Position numbers and translations under genes: made by a program
Shown: positions 1-9,171 of the stretch, one piece after another
Layout of the letters: the number at the start of each line of letters is the position of its first letter
Numbering within the stretch: the stretch's first letter is position 1
Source of the DNA: an uncultured delta proteobacterium
Lineage (GTDB): Bacteria; Myxococcota_A; UBA9160; SMWR01
DNA: 64,000 nt
Direction of reading: 5' to 3'
Assembly: GCA_963832165.1 (NCBI GenBank)
Contig: CAWHTE010000003.1
Span: forward strand, 160,001 to 224,000
Notes under the pieces: generated by a model
Database searches by the model: none
What the model saw: only the letters and a program-made list of their open reading frames with translations
What the model was told of the DNA's origin: nothing

Positions 1-125
1 CTGCCGCCGGTGCCACCGCGTTCGTGCAGCCGGGCGGATCGGTGCGCGACGAAGAGGTGATCGCGGCGGCCGATCGCCTCGGCGCAGCGATGGTCTTCAC
101 GGGCAAGCGCCACTTCCGGCACTAG
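1..125 (+). CDS. purH: Bifunctional AICAR transformylase/IMP cyclohydrolase, 3' end (partial)
   Basis: Manual translation gives [40 protein letters not shown], the canonical PurH C-terminus; directly upstream of purD. Confidence 0.97.
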   Translation, partial: AAGATAFVQPGGSVRDEEVIAAADRLGAAMVFTGKRHFRH

Positions 126-126
126 C

Positions 127-1446
127 ATGCGTATCTTGCTGGTCGGCGCGGGCGGACGCGAGCACGCGCTCGCGTGGAAGATCGCCCAGAGCCCGCTCGT
201 GTCCGCGCTGCTGGCCGCACCGGGAAGCGATGCGATCACTGGCCTCGCGCGGTGCTTCCGCGACGTGGCCGCGACAGACGTCGCGCGTCTCGTCGACCTC
301 GCGCGCGCGGAGGCGATCGACCTCGTGGTGGTCGGGCCCGAGGACCCGCTCGTCGCGGGTCTCGCCGATCGCCTGCGCGAGGCGGGCATCGCGGTGTTCG
401 GCCCCTCCGCCGCAGCTGCGCAGCTCGAGGGCAGCAAGTCGTTCGCGAAGGCGTTCATGGCGCGACATCGCATCCCGACCGCCGAGTTCGCCGTGTTCGA
501 CGACCTCGATTCAGCGCGCACGCACGCGCGCGGTCTCGCACAGGGATGCGTGGTGAAGGCCGACGGCCTCGCCGCGGGCAAGGGTGTTGCGGTGTGCGAG
601 ACGCCCGAGCAGGCGCTCGCGGCGCTCGACGAGTCGATGCGCGAGCGCCGCTTCGGCGCGGCGGGCGACCGCGTCGTGATCGAGGAGCGTCTCGTCGGCG
701 AGGAGGCGTCGTACTACGCGATCACGGACGGGGAGCACGTCGTGACGCTCGCGGCGGCGCAGGACCACAAGCGGATCGGCGACGGCGATCGCGGCGAGAA
801 CACGGGGGGCATGGGCGCCTATGCGCCCGCGCCGATCGTCGACGCGGCGGTCGAGAAGAAGGTGCTCGAGAGAATCGTCTACCCCGCGATCCGGGGACTC
901 GCCGCCGAGGGAACGCCGTATCGCGGCGTGTTGTTCGTGGGATTGATGATCGACGCAGCGGGCGACCCGCGCGTGATCGAGTTCAACGTGCGGTTCGGCG
1001 ATCCCGAGACGCAGCCGCTCGTGATGCAGATGGCGAGCGACCTGGTACCGCTGCTGGACGGCGCGGCGCGCGGTGCGCTCGGTCGCGCCGCGCCTCCCGA
1101 GAATCGCGGGTGTGCAGTCTGCGTCGTACTCGCTTCGGAGGGCTATCCGCGCGCGGTCGTGAACGGGCGACGGATCACCGGGCTCGACGCCGCGGCTCGC
1201 GATCCCGACGTCGTCGTGTTTCACGCGGGAACCCGCCGCGAGGCCGATGGCAGCTATCTCACCGCGGGCGGCCGCGTGCTCGGCATCACCGCGCGCGGCG
1301 ACACCGTGTCCGTCGCGCGCGCGCGCGCCTACCACGCGGTGGAGCAGGTGACGTTCGAGGGGCGCCAGTTTCGCCGGGACATCGGCAGCAAGTCTTCGAG
1401 CAGCGAGCCGCAGGCGAGCGGAGCCGATGAGGGGGGGGCGCGTTGA
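127..1446 (+). CDS. purD: Phosphoribosylamine-glycine ligase
   Basis: GAGGREHALAW, VVKADGLAAGKGV, NTGGMGAY, EFNVRFGDPE motifs. Confidence 0.98.
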   Translation: MRILLVGAGGREHALAWKIAQSPLVSALLAAPGSDAITGLARCFRDVAATDVARLVDLARAEAIDLVVVGPEDPLVAGLADRLREAGIAVFGPSAAAAQLEGSKSFAKAFMARHRIPTAEFAVFDDLDSARTHARGLAQGCVVKADGLAAGKGVAVCETPEQALAALDESMRERRFGAAGDRVVIEERLVGEEASYYAITDGEHVVTLAAAQDHKRIGDGDRGENTGGMGAYAPAPIVDAAVEKKVLERIVYPAIRGLAAEGTPYRGVLFVGLMIDAAGDPRVIEFNVRFGDPETQPLVMQMASDLVPLLDGAARGALGRAAPPENRGCAVCVVLASEGYPRAVVNGRRITGLDAAARDPDVVVFHAGTRREADGSYLTAGGRVLGITARGDTVSVARARAYHAVEQVTFEGRQFRRDIGSKSSSSEPQASGADEGGAR

Positions 1447-2114
1447 CTGCGATCTCTCTCGACGACGCGGTCGCGTGGGTCGCGCAGGGCGGTGTGCTCG
1501 CCTATCCCACCGAAACCGTCTGGGGGCTCGGCGCCGACGCGAAGAGCGATGCGGCCGTCGGCCGGCTGCGCGCGTTCAAGGGGCGCAGCGACGCCGCGCC
1601 GATCTCGATCCTCGTGACCGGCGTCGGCGCGCTCGCGGCGCTCGGCTTCCGCGTCGATGCCGCGGCGCAGCGCCTCGCGCGCGATTTCTGGCCCGGACCC
1701 CTCACGCTCGTGTTGCCCTGCGAGGGCGCGTTCGCGGCCGGTCTCGCGCGCGGGGACGGCGCGGTCGGCGTGCGCTGCTCGCCGCACGCGGTGGCCAGCG
1801 AGCTCGCCGTGCGCTGCGAGCGCGCGGGCACGGGGCCGCTCACTGCGACGAGCTGCAACGCGAGCGGATCCCCCGCAGCGCGCACGCGTGCGGCGGCGCG
1901 CCGGGTGTGCGGGGAGGACCCGTCCGTGCGCGTAATCGGCGATGGCGCCGATGCTGCAAGTTTCGCGCAGCAAGCCGAAGGAGAGCGAAGGCCATTGGGA
2001 GTGGAGACGGCGAGCACCGTGGTCGACGTGACCGGCGCGCACCCGCACGTGCTGCGCTGGGGCGCTCTCACGGAGCGTGCGCTGCGACCGGTGCTCGAGG
2101 AGCTCGCGGCGTGA
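1443..2114 (+). CDS. tsaC: L-threonylcarbamoyladenylate synthase (Sua5/YrdC/TsaC family)
   Basis: YPTETVWGLG, KGR, FWPGPLTLVL, TSCNASG, ASTVVD; TTG start overlapping purD stop. Confidence 0.9.
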   Translation: MTAISLDDAVAWVAQGGVLAYPTETVWGLGADAKSDAAVGRLRAFKGRSDAAPISILVTGVGALAALGFRVDAAAQRLARDFWPGPLTLVLPCEGAFAAGLARGDGAVGVRCSPHAVASELAVRCERAGTGPLTATSCNASGSPAARTRAAARRVCGEDPSVRVIGDGADAASFAQQAEGERRPLGVETASTVVDVTGAHPHVLRWGALTERALRPVLEELAA

Positions 2115-3382
2115 CCGACGTGCGGCCGTTCCGAGCGCTGCGCTACGACCCTGCGCGCGTCGACCTCTCGCGCGTGATCGTGCCGCCCTACGACGTGGTG
2201 GCCGCCGAGGATCGCGCCGCGTTCTACGACCGCGATCCGCACAACGCGATCCGGCTCGAGCTCACGCGCGACGTCGCCGACGAGGAGGGCACCGACTATC
2301 GCCACGTGCGCGAGACCCTCGACGCCTGGATCGCACAGCAGGTACTCACGCGCGACGCGGAGCCCGCGCTCTACCCGCTGCGCCAGAGCTTCACGGCGCC
2401 CGACGGCACGCGGCTCGCGCGCGAGGGCTTCTTCGCACTGGTCCATCTCGAGGACTACGCGCGCCGGATCGTCCGTCCGCACGAGCAAACGCTCGCGGGG
2501 CCGAAGGCCGACCGGCTCAAGATGCTGCGCGCCGCGCGCGCGAATCTCTCCGTGGTGTTCCTGCTCTACGAAGATCGCGAGCACGCCCTGGCGCCGGTGT
2601 TACGCGACGCGCTCGACCACGCGTCGGTCGGTATCGCGCGCGACGAGACCGGCGCCGAGCACCGGCTCGCGCGCCTCGCCGATCGAACGGCGATCGAGAG
2701 AGTCGCGCGCTTCCTCGCCGATCGCCCCGTCGTGATCGCGGACGGGCACCACCGCTACGAGACCGCGCTCACCTATCGCGACGAGCGGCGCGCCGCGGGC
2801 GACGGCGACGGGCGCGACGCGCCGCACGAGTGGCTGCTCGTGTACCTCGCGAACGCATTCGCGCCGGGCAGCCTGCTCTTGCCGATCCATCGCCTCGTGC
2901 AGAAGGGCGTATTGCCCACCGACGTGGGGCTGCGCGAGCGGCTTCCGGACTGGGAGTGTCATGCCGTGCCGATCGGTGACCCGCAGGAGCTGCCGGGCCT
3001 GCTGGCTCGCCACCTCGAGCCGCTGCGCGACCGCCATGCGTTCGCGGCCGACGATGCGTCGGGGCGGCTGCGCATCCTCTCGCGCGCGCGGCACGACGGC
3101 GAGCTCACCGTTCGCGTGATCCACCGCGAGGTGATCGAGGGTCTGTTCGGGCTCGACGAGGCCGCCGTGCGCGCGGGTGCGATCGCGTACCCGAAGTCCG
3201 CGCTGCAGACCGCGCGCGACCTGCGCGCGGGGCGCGGCGCAGTCGCGCTCTATCTGAACCCGCTCTCCGCCGAGGACGTGTTCCGCGTGACGGGCGCGGG
3301 CGAGGTGCTGCCGCAGAAATCCACGTTCTTCACGCCGAAGCTGCCGAGCGGTCTCGTGTTCCGCCCGCTGGACACCGCGTGA
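2111..3382 (+). CDS. DUF1015 family protein
   Basis: VRPFRALRY, PPYDVV, PHEQT, IADGHHRYETA, LPQKSTFFTPKLPSGLVF; GTG start overlaps tsaC stop. Confidence 0.9.
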   Translation: MTDVRPFRALRYDPARVDLSRVIVPPYDVVAAEDRAAFYDRDPHNAIRLELTRDVADEEGTDYRHVRETLDAWIAQQVLTRDAEPALYPLRQSFTAPDGTRLAREGFFALVHLEDYARRIVRPHEQTLAGPKADRLKMLRAARANLSVVFLLYEDREHALAPVLRDALDHASVGIARDETGAEHRLARLADRTAIERVARFLADRPVVIADGHHRYETALTYRDERRAAGDGDGRDAPHEWLLVYLANAFAPGSLLLPIHRLVQKGVLPTDVGLRERLPDWECHAVPIGDPQELPGLLARHLEPLRDRHAFAADDASGRLRILSRARHDGELTVRVIHREVIEGLFGLDEAAVRAGAIAYPKSALQTARDLRAGRGAVALYLNPLSAEDVFRVTGAGEVLPQKSTFFTPKLPSGLVFRPLDTA

Positions 3383-3702
3383 GCCGCGCGGGGCCGCCGG
3401 AGCGCGTCGGATCGCTGGTCTCCGGCGTGTTGCGCGATCTCGGCCTCGACGAGTCCGCGCGCGCGCTGCGGATTTCCGAGAGCTGGGAGGGCGTGGTCGG
3501 CACCGAAGTGGCCGCGCACTGCCGGCCGGTGGCGCTGCGCAATGGTGTGCTCGAAGCCCATGCGGACTCGAGCGCCTGGTGCCAGACACTGCGGCTGCGC
3601 GCCCCGGAGCTGCTCGACCGGCTCGCGCGCGCGCTCGGCGACGACGCGCCCCACGCGATCTGGTTTCGACTGGCTGGCTCCGAGGGTATCCTGCCGCGAT
3701 GA
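3379..3702 (+). CDS. DUF721/DciA family protein
   Basis: WEGVVGTEVAAHCRPVALRNGVLEAHADSSAWCQTL matches the DUF721 pattern. Confidence 0.8.
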   Translation: MSRAGPPERVGSLVSGVLRDLGLDESARALRISESWEGVVGTEVAAHCRPVALRNGVLEAHADSSAWCQTLRLRAPELLDRLARALGDDAPHAIWFRLAGSEGILPR

Positions 3703-3887
3703 GCGACCAACCCGACGCCGACGCGCAGGGGCGGTTTCGCTGCGATTTCTGCGGCGCCGAGGTGCCGCGCGTGCGGCGCGTGGCGCTCGACCGCGACTAC
3801 GATCGGCTCCAGAAGCCGCACCGCGTGCTGTACGCCTGTCCGGAGTGCTCCGAGCGCAAGGAGCGCGAGCGAGCGGGGAGCCTCTAG
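3699..3887 (+). CDS. Small Zn-ribbon protein (62 aa, CxxC...CxxC)
   Basis: MSDQ...RCDFCG...YACPECSERK; ATGA overlap with DUF721 stop; TATCCT 6 nt upstream of the ATG. Confidence 0.75.
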   Translation: MSDQPDADAQGRFRCDFCGAEVPRVRRVALDRDYDRLQKPHRVLYACPECSERKERERAGSL

Positions 3888-3929
3888 CGGGAAGCGCGGA
3901 GTTTTCCTAGAGTCCGCGCCTATTTCCGC
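3887..3929 (+). promoter_or_regulatory. Stem-loop and candidate -10 box upstream of rpsP
   Basis: GCGGGAA-GCGCGGA ... TCCGCGC-cta-TTTCCGC inverted repeat; TAGAGT at 3908-3913 in the loop. Confidence 0.4.
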
Positions 3930-3947
3930 CGCTGAAGGACAATCGCG

Positions 3948-4202
3948 ATGGTCAAGATCCGCCTCACGCGCGCCGGTGCGCGCAACCGACCCTTCTACCG
4001 CATCGTCGTGCTCGACGAGCGGCGTCCGCGAGACGGTCGGCCCCTCGCATTCCTCGGCACCTTCGATCCGAAGGTGAACCCCGAGAAGCTCTCGGTCCGC
4101 ACCGAAGCGCTCGAGGCCTGGGTGAAGAAGGGCGCACAGCTCTCGCCCACGGTGAAGTCGCTGTTGCGGCGCGCGAAGCAGCGCGCGGCGGCGAGCGCGT
4201 GA
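3948..4202 (+). CDS. rpsP: 30S ribosomal protein S16
   Basis: MVKIRLTRAGARNRPFYRIVV...RDGR...GAQLSPTV. Confidence 0.98.
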   Translation: MVKIRLTRAGARNRPFYRIVVLDERRPRDGRPLAFLGTFDPKVNPEKLSVRTEALEAWVKKGAQLSPTVKSLLRRAKQRAAASA

Positions 4203-4432
4203 TGGCGAGCAAGCCCGCGGAGCTCGTCGAGTTCGTGGCCAAGGCGCTCGTCGATCACCCGGAGCAGGTGGCGGTGCGCGAGTCGGATGGCGGCCGACTG
4301 CTCGAGCTCGAGACGAATGCAGACGACCGCGGTCGCGTGATCGGCCGCCAGGGTCGGGTGGCGAAGGCGATGCGCGCGCTGCTCGGAGTGTCGCGCGATG
4401 GAGCGGACTGCCGGCTCGACATCGTCGATTGA
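4202..4432 (+). CDS. khpA: KH-domain RNA-binding protein
   Basis: ELVEFVAKALVDHPEQV...DRGRVIGRQGRVAKAMR; conserved position between rpsP and rimM. Confidence 0.93.
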   Translation: MASKPAELVEFVAKALVDHPEQVAVRESDGGRLLELETNADDRGRVIGRQGRVAKAMRALLGVSRDGADCRLDIVD

Positions 4433-4961
4433 GCCCGAGCGCATCACGCTCGGGCGTGTGATCGGGGCGCACGGGCTGCGCGGAGAGCTGCGGGTCCGGC
4501 TCCTCGACGAGACAGACAACAACTTGCGCGCGATGTCGAGCGTCTGGCTCGCTCGCGAAGAGGGGGATCCGAAAGCAGTCGAAGCCCGGGTGCGGGCGGT
4601 CGGCTCGGGGCGTCGCGGCGAAGCGAGGCTCGCGCTCGAAGGCGTCGACGGCCGCGAGGCCGCAGAGGCGCTGCGCGGGCGGCTCGTGCAGGCCCTCGTG
4701 AAGAACCTCGCTCCGCTCGCGGAGGGTGAGTACTACCAGTACGAGCTCGTCGGGTGCCGGGTCGAGGACAGCGAGGGACGCGTGCTAGGCGTCGTCAAGG
4801 GGATCTGGGAGACCGGCGCGGACGTGCTGATCGTGGTGGACGAAGCGTCGCAGCGCGAGCATCTGATCCCCGCGGCGCCCGAGTTCCTGCGCGAGGTGGA
4901 CGTGGCGGCGCGGCGGATCACGGTCGATGTACCGCCGGGTCTGCTCGAGCCGGAGGAGTAG
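4398..4961 (+). CDS. rimM: Ribosome maturation factor RimM (start uncertain)
   Basis: [39 protein letters not shown]; operon position. Confidence 0.95.
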   Translation: MERTAGSTSSIEPERITLGRVIGAHGLRGELRVRLLDETDNNLRAMSSVWLAREEGDPKAVEARVRAVGSGRRGEARLALEGVDGREAAEALRGRLVQALVKNLAPLAEGEYYQYELVGCRVEDSEGRVLGVVKGIWETGADVLIVVDEASQREHLIPAAPEFLREVDVAARRITVDVPPGLLEPEE

Positions 4962-4964
4962 TCG

Positions 4965-5699
4965 ATGCTCCGCCGAGTCGACGTCGTGACGATCTTCCCG
5001 GCGCTGTTCGAGCCGTTCCTGCGCGAGTCGATCCTCGGCGCGGCGGTCGCGAGCGGACAGGTGGACGTCGCGGTGCACGATCTGCGGCGCTGGACCACCG
5101 ATCGGCATCACGTGGTCGACGACGCACCCTACGGCGGGGGACCGGGCATGGTGATGAAGCCCGAACCGCTCGTGGCCGCGATCGAGGCGCTCGCGGGGCC
5201 GAAGGGTCCCAGCCGGACCGCGTGGGTTGCGCTGATGTCGCCGCAGGGTCGGCGCCTCGAGCAGAAGGACCTGGCCCGGCTCGTGGAACGCGACGCGCTC
5301 GTGCTGGTGTGTGGCCGCTACGAGGGGATCGACCAGCGCGTGATCGAGCTGGCCGTGGACGAGGAGCTCTCGATCGGCGACTACGTGCTCTCGGGCGGCG
5401 AAGTGCCCGCGATGGTGCTGATCGAGGGAGTGACGCGACTGCTGCCGGGCGTACTCGGCAATCCGGATTCCGCAAAATTCGAATCGTTTCAGGAAGGATT
5501 ACTGGAGGGACCCCAATACACGCGGCCCGCGCAGTTCCGCGGCCGGTCGGTGCCGGAGATCCTGCTCTCGGGGGATCACGGCGCAGTCGACCGCTGGCGG
5601 AAGGAGCAGGCCCGCGCCATCACGCGCTCGCGACGGCCCGATCTCTGGGCCGGGGCCGGCGCGCGGGGCGCCTCGGGAGTCGCAGGAGAAGACACATGA
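4965..5699 (+). CDS. trmD: tRNA (guanine37-N1)-methyltransferase
   Basis: [41 protein letters not shown]. Confidence 0.98.
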   Translation: MLRRVDVVTIFPALFEPFLRESILGAAVASGQVDVAVHDLRRWTTDRHHVVDDAPYGGGPGMVMKPEPLVAAIEALAGPKGPSRTAWVALMSPQGRRLEQKDLARLVERDALVLVCGRYEGIDQRVIELAVDEELSIGDYVLSGGEVPAMVLIEGVTRLLPGVLGNPDSAKFESFQEGLLEGPQYTRPAQFRGRSVPEILLSGDHGAVDRWRKEQARAITRSRRPDLWAGAGARGASGVAGEDT

Positions 5700-6154
5700 A
5701 TCGCATCGACGCCATCCACCCGAATGCACCGCGCCGCGATCTGCCGCCGTTCCGCTCCGGCGACACCGTGCGCGTGCACGTGAGCATCACCGAAGGCGAC
5801 AAACAGCGGATCCAGGTGTTCGAGGGCGTCGTGATCCGGCGCCGCGGTCGCGGCGCCTCCGGCACGTTCACCGTGCGCAAGATCTCGTACGGAGTCGGCG
5901 TCGAGCGGATCTTCCTCACCGAGGCGCCGTCCGTCACGAAGGTGGAGATCAAGGCGCGCGGCCACGTGCGCCGCGCGCGCCTCTACTACCTGCGCGACCT
6001 CAAGGGCAAGAAGGCGCGCCTGCGCTCGAAGCTGCGCGACCTCTCGGGTCTCGTCGGCGAGGAGGGCGCCGGCACGGCGGCGGAAGCCGATGCCACCGAG
6101 GTGCTGCCCGCAATCGCCGAGGGTGAAGAGACCGAGGCCGAGTCGACTGCGTAG
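5696..6154 (+). CDS. rplS: 50S ribosomal protein L19 with acidic C-terminal extension
   Basis: [58 protein letters not shown] overlap with trmD. Confidence 0.98.
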   Translation: MNRIDAIHPNAPRRDLPPFRSGDTVRVHVSITEGDKQRIQVFEGVVIRRRGRGASGTFTVRKISYGVGVERIFLTEAPSVTKVEIKARGHVRRARLYYLRDLKGKKARLRSKLRDLSGLVGEEGAGTAAEADATEVLPAIAEGEETEAESTA

Positions 6155-6158
6155 GGCG

Positions 6159-6530
6159 CTAGTCGCCGTCCTCGAAGGCGCCCTCCCAGTGCGTGACGCG
6201 GAACCCGCCGCGCTGCGCAGGCTCGCACGTGACGACGTCGAAGCGGATCCGCCCCGCGCGGCGCCCGCTCGCGCGCAGCCACGCGGCCGCGCCGCGCGCG
6301 ATGCGCGACTGCTTGCGCGAATCGACGGACTCGGCGGCGGCGCCGAAGCGATCGCCGCGCCGCGTCTTCACCTCCACGAACACGAGCACACCCGCGCGTT
6401 CGGCGATGATGTCGAGCTCGACGCGGTCGGCGCGCGCGTTTCGCGCGAGGATCCGGTAGCCCCGACGTTCGAGGTGGGTGCACGCGGCGGATTCACCGGC
6501 GGCACCGAGGGCTCGGCGCGCTTGGGTCAC
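6159..6530 (-). CDS. yraN: YraN family putative endonuclease (UPF0102)
   Basis: LGAAGE...GYRILARN...ELDIIA...LVFVEVKTR...RFDVV; GGAG RBS before GTG. Confidence 0.92.
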   Translation of the reverse strand: MTQARRALGAAGESAACTHLERRGYRILARNARADRVELDIIAERAGVLVFVEVKTRRGDRFGAAAESVDSRKQSRIARGAAAWLRASGRRAGRIRFDVVTCEPAQRGGFRVTHWEGAFEDGD

Positions 6531-6596
6531 GGCGTTTCTCCGGGACCGGGGCGACGAGAGGATAACCCCGCCTGAGCTACGCTGGCCCGCCTCGGG

Positions 6597-6632
6597 GCAA
6601 GGAGGCCGACGAAGTCGGCCGACGCGCAGCGA
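6597..6632 (+). repeat. REP-like palindromic repeat, copy 1
   Basis: GCAAGGAGGCCGACGAAGTCGGCCGACGCGCAGCGA, identical over 36 nt to 15570-15605; contains a GGCCGAC-GAA-GTCGGCC hairpin. Confidence 0.85.
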
Positions 6633-6651
6633 TTGGGGGGAAGAGGATCGC

Positions 6652-7527
6652 GTGGCCGGTGTGATCGGCGTGCTCGGTGGCAGCGGCGTGTACGAGCTCG
6701 ACGGGCTCGAAGATGCGCGCTGGGAACCGGTGGCTTCGCCCTTCGGCACGCCGTCGGACGCGATCCTGCGCGGCCGCTTCGGCGGCGCGGACTACGCATT
6801 CCTGCCCCGACACGGGCGCGGGCACCGGATCCCGCCCAGCGAGATCGACTACCGCGCCAACATCGATGCGCTCAAGCGCGTCGGCGTCACCGATCTGATC
6901 TCGGTCTCTGCATGCGGATCACTGCGCGAAGATCTCGCGCCCGGCACGTTCGTGCTCGTCGATCAGTTCGTCGACCGCACGTTCGCGCGCGCCAAGTCGT
7001 TCTTCGGCACGGGCTGCGTCGCGCACGTGTCGATGGCCGACCCGGTCTGCGCGCGGCTGCACGACGTGCTCGAGGCGGCCGGCCGCGCCGCGGGGATCCG
7101 GCTCCGGCGCGGCGGCGTCTACCTCGTGATGGAAGGGCCGCAGTTCTCGAGCCGGGCCGAGTCGGAGCTCTACCGGTCGTGGGGCTGCGACGTGATCGGC
7201 ATGACCAACATGCCCGAGGCGAAGCTCGCGCGCGAAGCAGAGATCTGTTATGCGAGCGTGGCGATGGTGACCGACTACGACTGCTGGCACCCGCACGAGG
7301 CCGACGTCCAGGTCTCGGACATCGTGGCCGTGCTCGCCGACAACGCCGCGCGCGGGCGAGAGCTCGTGTCGGGGCTCGCCAAGGAGCTCGTGCGCCGTCC
7401 GACGCCGTGTCCGTCCGGCTGCGATCGCGCGCTCGACACCGCGATCATCACGCCGCCCGCCGCGCGCGATCCGAAGCTGCTCGCGCGGCTCGACGCGGTC
7501 GCGGGCCGCGTGTTCGCGCAGGACTAG
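6652..7527 (+). CDS. mtnP: S-methyl-5'-thioadenosine phosphorylase
   Basis: IGVLGGSG, FLPRHGRGH, MEGPQFSSRAES, IGMTNMPEAKLARE, VTDYDCW; neighbours apt and mtnA. Confidence 0.95.
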   Translation: MAGVIGVLGGSGVYELDGLEDARWEPVASPFGTPSDAILRGRFGGADYAFLPRHGRGHRIPPSEIDYRANIDALKRVGVTDLISVSACGSLREDLAPGTFVLVDQFVDRTFARAKSFFGTGCVAHVSMADPVCARLHDVLEAAGRAAGIRLRRGGVYLVMEGPQFSSRAESELYRSWGCDVIGMTNMPEAKLAREAEICYASVAMVTDYDCWHPHEADVQVSDIVAVLADNAARGRELVSGLAKELVRRPTPCPSGCDRALDTAIITPPAARDPKLLARLDAVAGRVFAQD

Positions 7528-7541
7528 GCGGGAGTAGCACG

Positions 7542-8078
7542 ATGTCGAGCGAACCGATCAAGGGGCGGATCCGCACCATCCCGGACCACCCCAAGCCCGG
7601 CATCCAGTTCCGCGACATCACCACGTTGCTCCAGGACCCGGTCGGGCTCCACCTCTCGGTGCAGCAGCTCGCGGCCGCGTTCAAGGGCGAGTCGATCGAC
7701 AAGGTCGCGGGCATCGAGGCGCGCGGCTTCATCCTCGGCGGCGCGATCGCGCTGCAGCTCGAGGCGGGCTTCGTCGCCGTGCGCAAGGCTGGCAAGCTCC
7801 CCCACACCACGATCGGCGTGAGCTACGAGCTCGAGTACGGCACCGACCGCGTCGAGATCCACACCGACGCGATCCACCGCGGCGAGCGCGTGCTCGTGAT
7901 CGACGACCTGATCGCCACGGGCGGCACCGCGCTCGCGAGCGTGGAGCTGATCGAGCAGGCGGGCGGCGAGGTGGTGGGCTGCGGCTTCATCGTCGACCTG
8001 CCGGACCTCGGCGGCGCGGCGCGCCTCGTCGAGCGCGGCCTGCGCGTGCACTCGCTGTGCGCGTTCGAGGGGGAGTAG
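7542..8078 (+). CDS. apt: Adenine phosphoribosyltransferase
   Basis: PKPGIQFRDITTLL, GIEARGF, YELEYG, VIDDLIATGGT. Confidence 0.97.
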   Translation: MSSEPIKGRIRTIPDHPKPGIQFRDITTLLQDPVGLHLSVQQLAAAFKGESIDKVAGIEARGFILGGAIALQLEAGFVAVRKAGKLPHTTIGVSYELEYGTDRVEIHTDAIHRGERVLVIDDLIATGGTALASVELIEQAGGEVVGCGFIVDLPDLGGAARLVERGLRVHSLCAFEGE

Positions 8079-8084
8079 AACGCG

Positions 8085-9170
8085 GTGCGCGTCGACGGCG
8101 TCCCCTACCGCACCATCCGGGTGGCGGAAGACGGAGCCACCGTCGAGATCATCGATCAGACCCGGCTTCCGCATGCGTTCGAGATCGCGGCGCTGCGCAC
8201 GCTCGACGACGCGCTGCACGCGATCCGCGCCATGCAGGTGCGCGGCGCGCCGCTGATCGGCGTGACGGCGGCCTACGGCCTCTGCCTCGCGCTGCGCGCC
8301 GACGCGTCCGACGGTTCGCTCGACCGTGCGAGCGCCGCGCTGCTCGCCACGCGCCCGACCGCGGTGAATCTGCGCTGGGCGCTCGCGCAGATGCGCACCG
8401 CGCTCGCCGACGTGGCGCTGGCTGATCGCGTCGCCGCGGCCTATCGGACCGCCGCGGCGATGGCCGACGAGGACGTGGCGCTGTGCCGTGCGATCGGCGA
8501 GCACGGATCCAAGCTGCTGTCGGAGGTGCCGCGCCGCAGCGGCGAGGCACTCCAGGTGCTCACGCACTGCAACGCGGGCTGGCTGGCCACGGTCGACTGG
8601 GGCACTGCGCTCGCGCCGATCTACGCCGTGCACGATCGCGGACTGCCGGTCCACGTCTGGGTCGGCGAGACGCGCCCGCGCAACCAGGGGGCCAGCCTCA
8701 CCGCGTGGGAGCTCGGAGGGCACGGCGTGCCGCATACCGTGATCGCGGACAACGCAGCCGGCCACCTCATGAACGCGGGCCGCGTCGACGTGTGCATCAC
8801 GGGCGCCGACCGCGTCGCCGCCAACGGCGACGTGTGCAACAAGATCGGCACCTATCTCGTGGCGCTCGCCGCGCGCGACTGCGGCGTCCCGTTCTACGCG
8901 GCGCTGCCCTACAGCACGATCGACTGGACGCTCGCCGACGGCGCGGACATCCCGATCGAAGAGCGCGACGCGGCCGAGGTGTCGCGGATTCGCGGGCGCG
9001 GCGCGAGCGGCGAGCTGGTCGAGGTCGACGTGTTGCCTCCGGGCAGCCCCGCCGCGAACCCGGCATTCGACGTCACGCCCGCGCGCCTGGTCGCCGGAAT
9101 CGTCACGGAGCGCGGCGTCTGCGCGGCGTCGCGCGAAGGGCTCCTCTCGCTCTACCCCGAACGGCGTTAG
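8085..9170 (+). CDS. mtnA: S-methyl-5-thioribose-1-phosphate isomerase
   Basis: MQVRGAPLIG, TRPTAVNL, LTHCNAGWLA, ETRPRNQG, NKIGTY, NPAFDVTP. Confidence 0.96.
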   Translation: MRVDGVPYRTIRVAEDGATVEIIDQTRLPHAFEIAALRTLDDALHAIRAMQVRGAPLIGVTAAYGLCLALRADASDGSLDRASAALLATRPTAVNLRWALAQMRTALADVALADRVAAAYRTAAAMADEDVALCRAIGEHGSKLLSEVPRRSGEALQVLTHCNAGWLATVDWGTALAPIYAVHDRGLPVHVWVGETRPRNQGASLTAWELGGHGVPHTVIADNAAGHLMNAGRVDVCITGADRVAANGDVCNKIGTYLVALAARDCGVPFYAALPYSTIDWTLADGADIPIEERDAAEVSRIRGRGASGELVEVDVLPPGSPAANPAFDVTPARLVAGIVTERGVCAASREGLLSLYPERR

Positions 9171-9171
9171 C

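Noticed and set aside
1431..1438. G8 tract as a phase-variation site
   Set aside because: It lies at the extreme purD 3' end in a housekeeping operon; slippage would have little effect and there is no evidence of variation
6531..6651. SAM/SAH riboswitch upstream of mtnP
   Set aside because: No consensus recognised; the hairpin is explained by the dispersed repeat
6652..9170. MTA salvage genes serving the cluster's methyltransferases
   Set aside because: Methyltransferases yield SAH, not MTA; no direct link is supported
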